From: Octopus sinensis
Taxonomy: Eukaryota
NCBI RefSeq assembly: GCF_006345805.1
Contig: NW_021833945.1
Span: 1-52,705 of the forward strand
Reading direction: 5' to 3'
DNA: 52,705 bases
A program made the position numbers and the translations under genes. How positions within the stretch are numbered: the stretch's first letter is position 1; every line of letters begins with the position of its first letter. Under the pieces are notes generated by a model, which ran no database searches, was not told where the DNA came from, and saw only the letters and a program-made list of their open reading frames with translations. Positions 47,894-52,705 of this stretch are shown here, piece by piece.

Positions 47894-48459
47894 GGATAAT
47901 TATGATCAGTTTAAACTATTAAGAGAGTTATCTCCCCTAACTGCGCAATGCCAGAAACACTGGCATTCGAAATGTGAAGTAGAAAACTTAAGGGTCCAGA
48001 GAGAGAGAGAGTGAGGGCATAAATACACCTTATGCTTTTCAAAAGTATTTAAGATTTTTTTATTTTGTGCGAGATTTAGGAGGTAACATTACTCGTCAAA
48101 ACGTTGTTTTTGGTATTCCAAGTAATGTTTTAGCAGTAATCTACACTAGGCACAAGGTTTGAAATTTTGGGGGAAATTGGACTAGTTGATTCTATCTACC
48201 TCAGTATTCAGCTGGTACTTATTTTATATCAACCCCAGAAAGGATGAAAGGCGAAGTCAACATTGGTGGAATTTGAACTTGGAACCTAAAGATGGATAAA
48301 ATGCTGCAAATCATTTTGTCAAGTTCCCTGACGATTACACCAGCTCACTGCCTTACACATACAATAAAAAATAATAATAGCGAATCTTGTCAATTTTAGA
48401 GTAGGGGTAGCAATTATAGGAAAGGGGAAAGCTAATTACATCAATCAAAATCAAATTCA

Positions 48460-48976
48460 ATGACTGGCGTCTGTGCTAGCAGGATGCAAAGAGCACCATA
48501 CGAGCGTGATCATTGACAGGGCGGCTAACTGGCTTCCATGCCAGTGGCACTTAAAAGGCACCATTCGAGCATGATCGTTACCAGTGTCGCCTTACTGGCA
48601 CTTGTAACATGCTAGTAGGGTGCCAAGAGCACCATCTGAGTGTGATCGTTGCCAGAGCAGCCAGTGGCACGTAAAAGGGCACCATTAGAGCGTGATCATT
48701 ACCAACGTCGCCTTACTGGCACCTGTGCTGGTGGCATGTGTAAAATGATTCGAGCGAGGTCGTTGCCAGTACTGCCTGACTAGCCCCCATGCCGGTGGCA
48801 CATAAAAAGCACCCACTACACTCTCGGAGTGGTTGGCGTTATGAAGGGCATCCAGCTGTAGAAACTCTGCCAGATCAAGATTGAAGCCTGGTGCAGACAT
48901 CTGGTTCGCCAGCCCTCAGTCAAAATCGTCCAACCCATGCTAGCATGGAAAGTGGACGTTAAACGATGATGATGAT
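48460..48976 (+). mobile_element. SINE-like family B, long internal array
   Basis: About five to six internal units, core and tail. Confidence 0.8.
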
Positions 48977-49152
48977 CAACCTCAGTACTGAACTAGTCCT
49001 GAACAGATGAAAGAGAAAGTCAATCCAAACAGAATTTAATCTCAGAATGTAATGAAATGGAAAAAATACTGCAAAAAATTTTTCTTCTAACACTAAAGGT
49101 TCTGCCAGTTTGATACTTTAATAGAAATAATAATAATAATAATAATAATAAA

Positions 49153-49553
49153 AACAAGAGCACTCAGAGAGCACAAAACTCCGCCAAGGCAACACCAATG
49201 TCCTCTCAACGATTAGCCAGAGGTGATTTTTAAAATAAGAATATCTGAAATAAACTTGACAGGCTCTCACAAATGAGTGTACTAAAAATTCATCTCACCA
49301 CTCTCTAAAGTTAAGAAAAAAAAAAAAAAAAAAAAAAAAAACAGGAAAAATAACCCAGAATCCTTGTCCAGTACCGGATTGATCCCAAAATCTAATCAGT
49401 TCATGCCAATCATGAGGCCAAACATCGCTGAAAGTTTCATCCGAATTCATCCAGCAGTTCTTGAGATTTTTTCCAGGGACAAACAAACAAACAAACAAAC
49501 AAACATGACTGAAAACAATACCTCTGCTTTCGCTAAGGCGGAGGTAACAATAA
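49153..49553. mobile_element. Helentron/DINE-like element, family C
   Basis: Subterminal ctccgccaaggc at one end; (CAAA)n and hairpin acctctgctttcgctaaggcggaggt at the other; inserted next to (TAA)n. Confidence 0.55.
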
Positions 49554-50024
49554 GTTTCAAATTTTGGCACAAGGCCAGCAGTATTGGGGAAGGGGTAAGT
49601 TGATTAAATCAACCCCAGTGTTCAACAGGTACTTATTTTATTGACCCCCAAAAAGGATGGAAGGCAAAGTTGACCTTGGCAGAATTTGCTCCCAGAACAG
49701 AATGTAAAGATGGACAAAATGGTGCTAAGAATTTTATCCAATATGCCAACCGTTTTGCCAGCTCACTACCTTAATAACAATAATAACACAGGTGTTCTTA
49801 CTCATAAGATTAAAATATCCACAATTCATAAAAAAAAAATTGTATTATAGTATTATTTCATGAGTTAGGAACTAGGTGTGTGTGTGTGCACATGTGAGAG
49901 AAATGGGCCCTGCATAATTTCCCTTTATCACATTTCATTTGCCAAAACATTGTTGGACCCAAGACAAGGTAATGTGCAGTATACAATGAAATACATAAAA
50001 AGAGGAAAAATTAAGATTGCTTAC

Positions 50025-50120
50025 TTGACTAGCTGATACAAGCCTTGTTCTATTAACTTCAGTCAAATCTTCTTCATCTTCAAACTCTAAGAGACTTTCA
50101 ACATCAAACTGATCTTCCTC
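50025..50120 (-). CDS. PDZD8: PDZD8 exon, start of C2 fold (EEDQFDVESLL...NRTRLVSASQ)
   Basis: Acceptor atatttcag, donor CAA|gtaagc, 96 nt. Joined to the next exon it gives RTRLVSASQNPCWNE, the C2 RT...NPxWNE motif. Confidence 0.88.
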
Positions 50121-50221
50121 CTGAAATATTTCAAACAGAAAAACTATTTAGAAAACTATCTTTTTTTTTTTTCTAAAGAATTTATAGAAATTTTTGAAAA
50201 AGGCACCTAGTATATGCTTAA

Positions 50222-50440
50222 CCCTTTAGCATTCAGGTTACTCTGACAAATGTACTGTTTATTTATTCACATTGTGTAGAATTAATTAGATATTATCCTG
50301 TAGCTTTATGATTCCAATGATACAATTGTATATTTTAAGAATGACATTTTAGGGTTGGTGTGAAAGGCTAAATTGGGTCAGTTTGAACATAAAACAAGCA
50401 GAATATTTTGGCTGGAAAAACCAGTTTAAATACTAAAGGA
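50222..50440. mobile_element. piggyBac-type MITE, same family as 35711-35931, inverted
   Basis: TTAA|CCCTTTAG ... CTAAAGGA|TTAA; interior is the reverse complement of the 35711 copy. Confidence 0.75.
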
Positions 50441-50539
50441 TTAAAGTGGTTGGCATTACAAAGGTCAACCAAGTATAGAAATCATGCCAAAACAAGCATC
50501 AAGTAGGTTGCAGTTCTTGGACTTATTGGATCCTGTCCA

Positions 50540-50876
50540 ACTCAATTCAATTCAATTTTTATTGGCTCAAAAAGCAAAAGCAAGGCCATGTAGGGGGACA
50601 GGGAGTTATGTACAGGGAGGGTGTTCATAAAAAGAGTTCAGGCCATTTCTGGTCAAGAGAGACTTTGAACCGAGCGGTCGTCAGCATCTTCACTATCTCG
50701 TCCGGCAGCTTATTCTACGGATCCGCAACCCAGACGGAGAAAGCCCCTCTCCTTTGATTGAGATGAATTGTTGTAGATAGAGCTTTTCGGAGTTACCCTG
50801 CAGCCCACACTCCAGAGCAGGAGTGAATAACAGCTCTTTCGAGAGGTTACACTTTCCGCTTATGATGTTGTGAGCG
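50540..50876 (-). mobile_element. CR1-like LINE 3' end, second family
   Basis: HNIISGKCNLSKELLFTP...NKLPDEIVKMLTTARFKVSLDQKWPELF; (TTGAA)n tail. Confidence 0.7.
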
Positions 50877-51973
50877 ACCCATGCTAACATGGAACATATG
50901 TCTGCTCAATCAAGCCTAAAATAACAATGTAATCCTAGATTAGATTCCTAGATACATTATGTCTCAACAGAAAAGGTCATGGCTGGAACACTTTATATAG
51001 ACGTGCTCAATCAAGACTGGCCTAGAGTTAAATACCAAGGAGAGATACATTGTTTAGTCCTAATCCTAGATCCCTTATGTCATAATAAATGGTATGGACA
51101 CAGCCAGAACACCTTTCATTATAGGCCTGTTTGTCCAGGTCTCGGATAAACTCAGAATGGCAACAAAAGTAAGCATATAAATATGGTTGCACAACCTATT
51201 AGAAAGAACAACCAAACTTCACTCTGGAAGGACACAATCTTGGATACCCCTCCAGAATGCTAGGGTGGTTACAGAGAGAATGCCTTTGATCATGAATGAG
51301 CTGGTACAAAGAAAATTTTAAATAATTAAAATTTCTTCATTCACCCAGAATCCAGATACAAACTAATTACCAAAAACAGAATAACTACCAAAATAAAGGT
51401 TAATAACCACAAATTTCAGTCTTTCTTGCAGTGCCGTGGTTTGTGTCCTTAAGAAGGATGCCAACAACAAAATATAAGCTCTTGATCTGTCCTCCCAAGA
51501 TGGACAGGTCAAAGGATAGGGGCCAGATTTATATGGACCACTTTCTCCTACAGATAAAAATGGATTTGTGTAGGACCAATGCCCTTGTCTAAAAGAAAAG
51601 CATAGTTACAGAAGCATTGGTGATAATGCAATAACCAAGAAGACCAGGGAGAAGAAGAGAGTCTCTCAGTAAACATATGACAGGATAGCAGAAGTTACAA
51701 GGAAGTAAGGATCCAAATAGAGAGAAACCAAAAAGACAACCCAAAGTGAAGACTAGTGGAAAAAACTCATTGATGGTCTATGTTCAATAGGAAGCAAAAG
51801 ACTTAAGTATGTAAGGGTTAACAGGAATATTTTTAGTTTAAATCTCTTGATGCTTCCAAATCCAAAATCCAAAAATCAAAGGAAAAAAGAAATCACTAAA
51901 ATATTTATGGTTCATTATTAATTCAGCAGATTAAAAAAAAAAAAGAAAAAGAAAAGAATTAAATGATACATAC

Positions 51974-52164
51974 GCCTTTACTAGATTTCCTCATCATAAT
52001 AGGAGGTTCTATTTGGGTGATAAGTTGTGAAGCCTTAACTTGTGGCTGTCTTTTAGGGGAGACCATTGGAGATTTACTCTCACAGCGACTTGTATCAAAA
52101 TTCCTTACTTCAAGACGACGAGGTTCAATTTTATCAACTGGCTGGATCTGGATCTCGACTTTAT
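51974..52164 (-). CDS. PDZD8: PDZD8 exon, linker between PDZ and C2 (DKVEIQIQP...RKSSKG)
   Basis: Acceptor ttgtgttgtag, donor GGC|gtatgt, 191 nt open frame whose end phase matches the next exon. Sequence is low in conservation, so the assignment rests on splice signals and phase. Confidence 0.7.
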
Positions 52165-52431
52165 CTACAACACAAATGTAGAACATATAAAGTAGGAATT
52201 ATAGAAACAATAACAATGATACTTTCCTAAGTATGCACAAGGCCAGGAATTTGGTGAGAAGGAGGTTAGTGAATTGAACTGACTACAGTACTTCACTTGT
52301 ACTTTATTTCATTGACCTCGGAGGCACAAAAGGCAAAGTTAAACTTGACAGGATTTGAACTCAGAATGTAAAGAGTTGAAAGTAATACCGCAAGACAACT
52401 TTCTTGAAGTTCTTACAATTATAACAATCCC

Positions 52432-52705
52432 GCGTCGCCTTACTAGCACTTATGCCTGTGGCATGTGAAACATTGCGAGTGAGGTCATCGCCAGTGCCGC
52501 TGGACTGGCTCCTGTGCAGGTGGCATGTAAAAAGCACCATTTGGGCGTGGCCATTGCCAGTTCCACTAAACTGGCCCTCGTGCCGGTGGCATGTAAAAGC
52601 ACCCACTACACTCTCGGAGTGGTTGGCGTTAGGAAGGGCATTAGCTGTAGAAACTCTGCCAGATCAGATTGGAGTCTGGTGCAGCCATCTGGTTCACCAG
52701 ACCTC
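52432..52705 (+). mobile_element. SINE-like family B, cut by the window edge
   Basis: Internal units and core. Confidence 0.78.

Larger units (their letters stand above)
4537..52164 (-). other. PDZD8: PDZD8-like gene, internal part (nine coding exons, introns up to about 19 kb); gene extends beyond both window edges
   Basis: Nine exons join with compatible phases (1|0,0|0,0|0,0|2,2|2,2|0,0|2,2|1,1|0) into 1343 nt with no stop. Motifs HRFLNICLWC..IGHVSFLLSEIALDCL, HPGFEPQLCHGDITVSF and a C1 finger match my recollection of PDZD8 (HRYLNIALWC..LGHVSLKLEDVALGCL, KGFNDKFCYGDITIHF). Confidence 0.9.

Noticed and set aside
12754-52606. Recurrent ORFs containing LQLDALPNANHSESVVGAF
   Set aside because: Antisense readings of SINE family B copies, not a gene family.

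Overview
AT-rich, repeat-dense animal genomic DNA. It is most likely from an octopus, inferred from the SINE families and the microsatellite style. The window lies inside one protein-coding gene on the minus strand. I could chain nine exons (52164-51974, 50120-50025, 40149-40006, 34230-34124, 30765-30541, 11486-11414, 9849-9755, 7532-7360, 4775-4537), all with AG/GT boundaries and matching intron phases. Together they give about 447 codons with no stop, encoding the C2-like domain, C1 zinc finger and flanking linkers of a PDZD8 orthologue. The SMP/PDZ exons should lie beyond the right edge and the coiled-coil exons beyond the left edge. The introns are filled with three abundant SINE families, decayed LINEs (CR1, RTE, RTEX-like, R4/Dong, HERO-like), piggyBac- and hAT-type MITEs, DINE-1/Helentron-like elements, a mariner relic and microsatellites. 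Nearly all ORFs in the supplied track are spurious or transposon remnants. The most interesting signal is a set of at least five sequence-unrelated small elements, mostly in (TA)n tracts. Most share a layout of a long fold-back hairpin plus a unique 55-100 bp tail. They carry minimal type I hammerhead ribozyme motifs (CTGANGA-stem II-GAAA-palindromic stem III-GTH), and in the fold-backs there is one on each strand. These are probably Penelope-like retroelement termini. Exon coordinates were counted by hand; repeat boundaries are approximate to within several bases.
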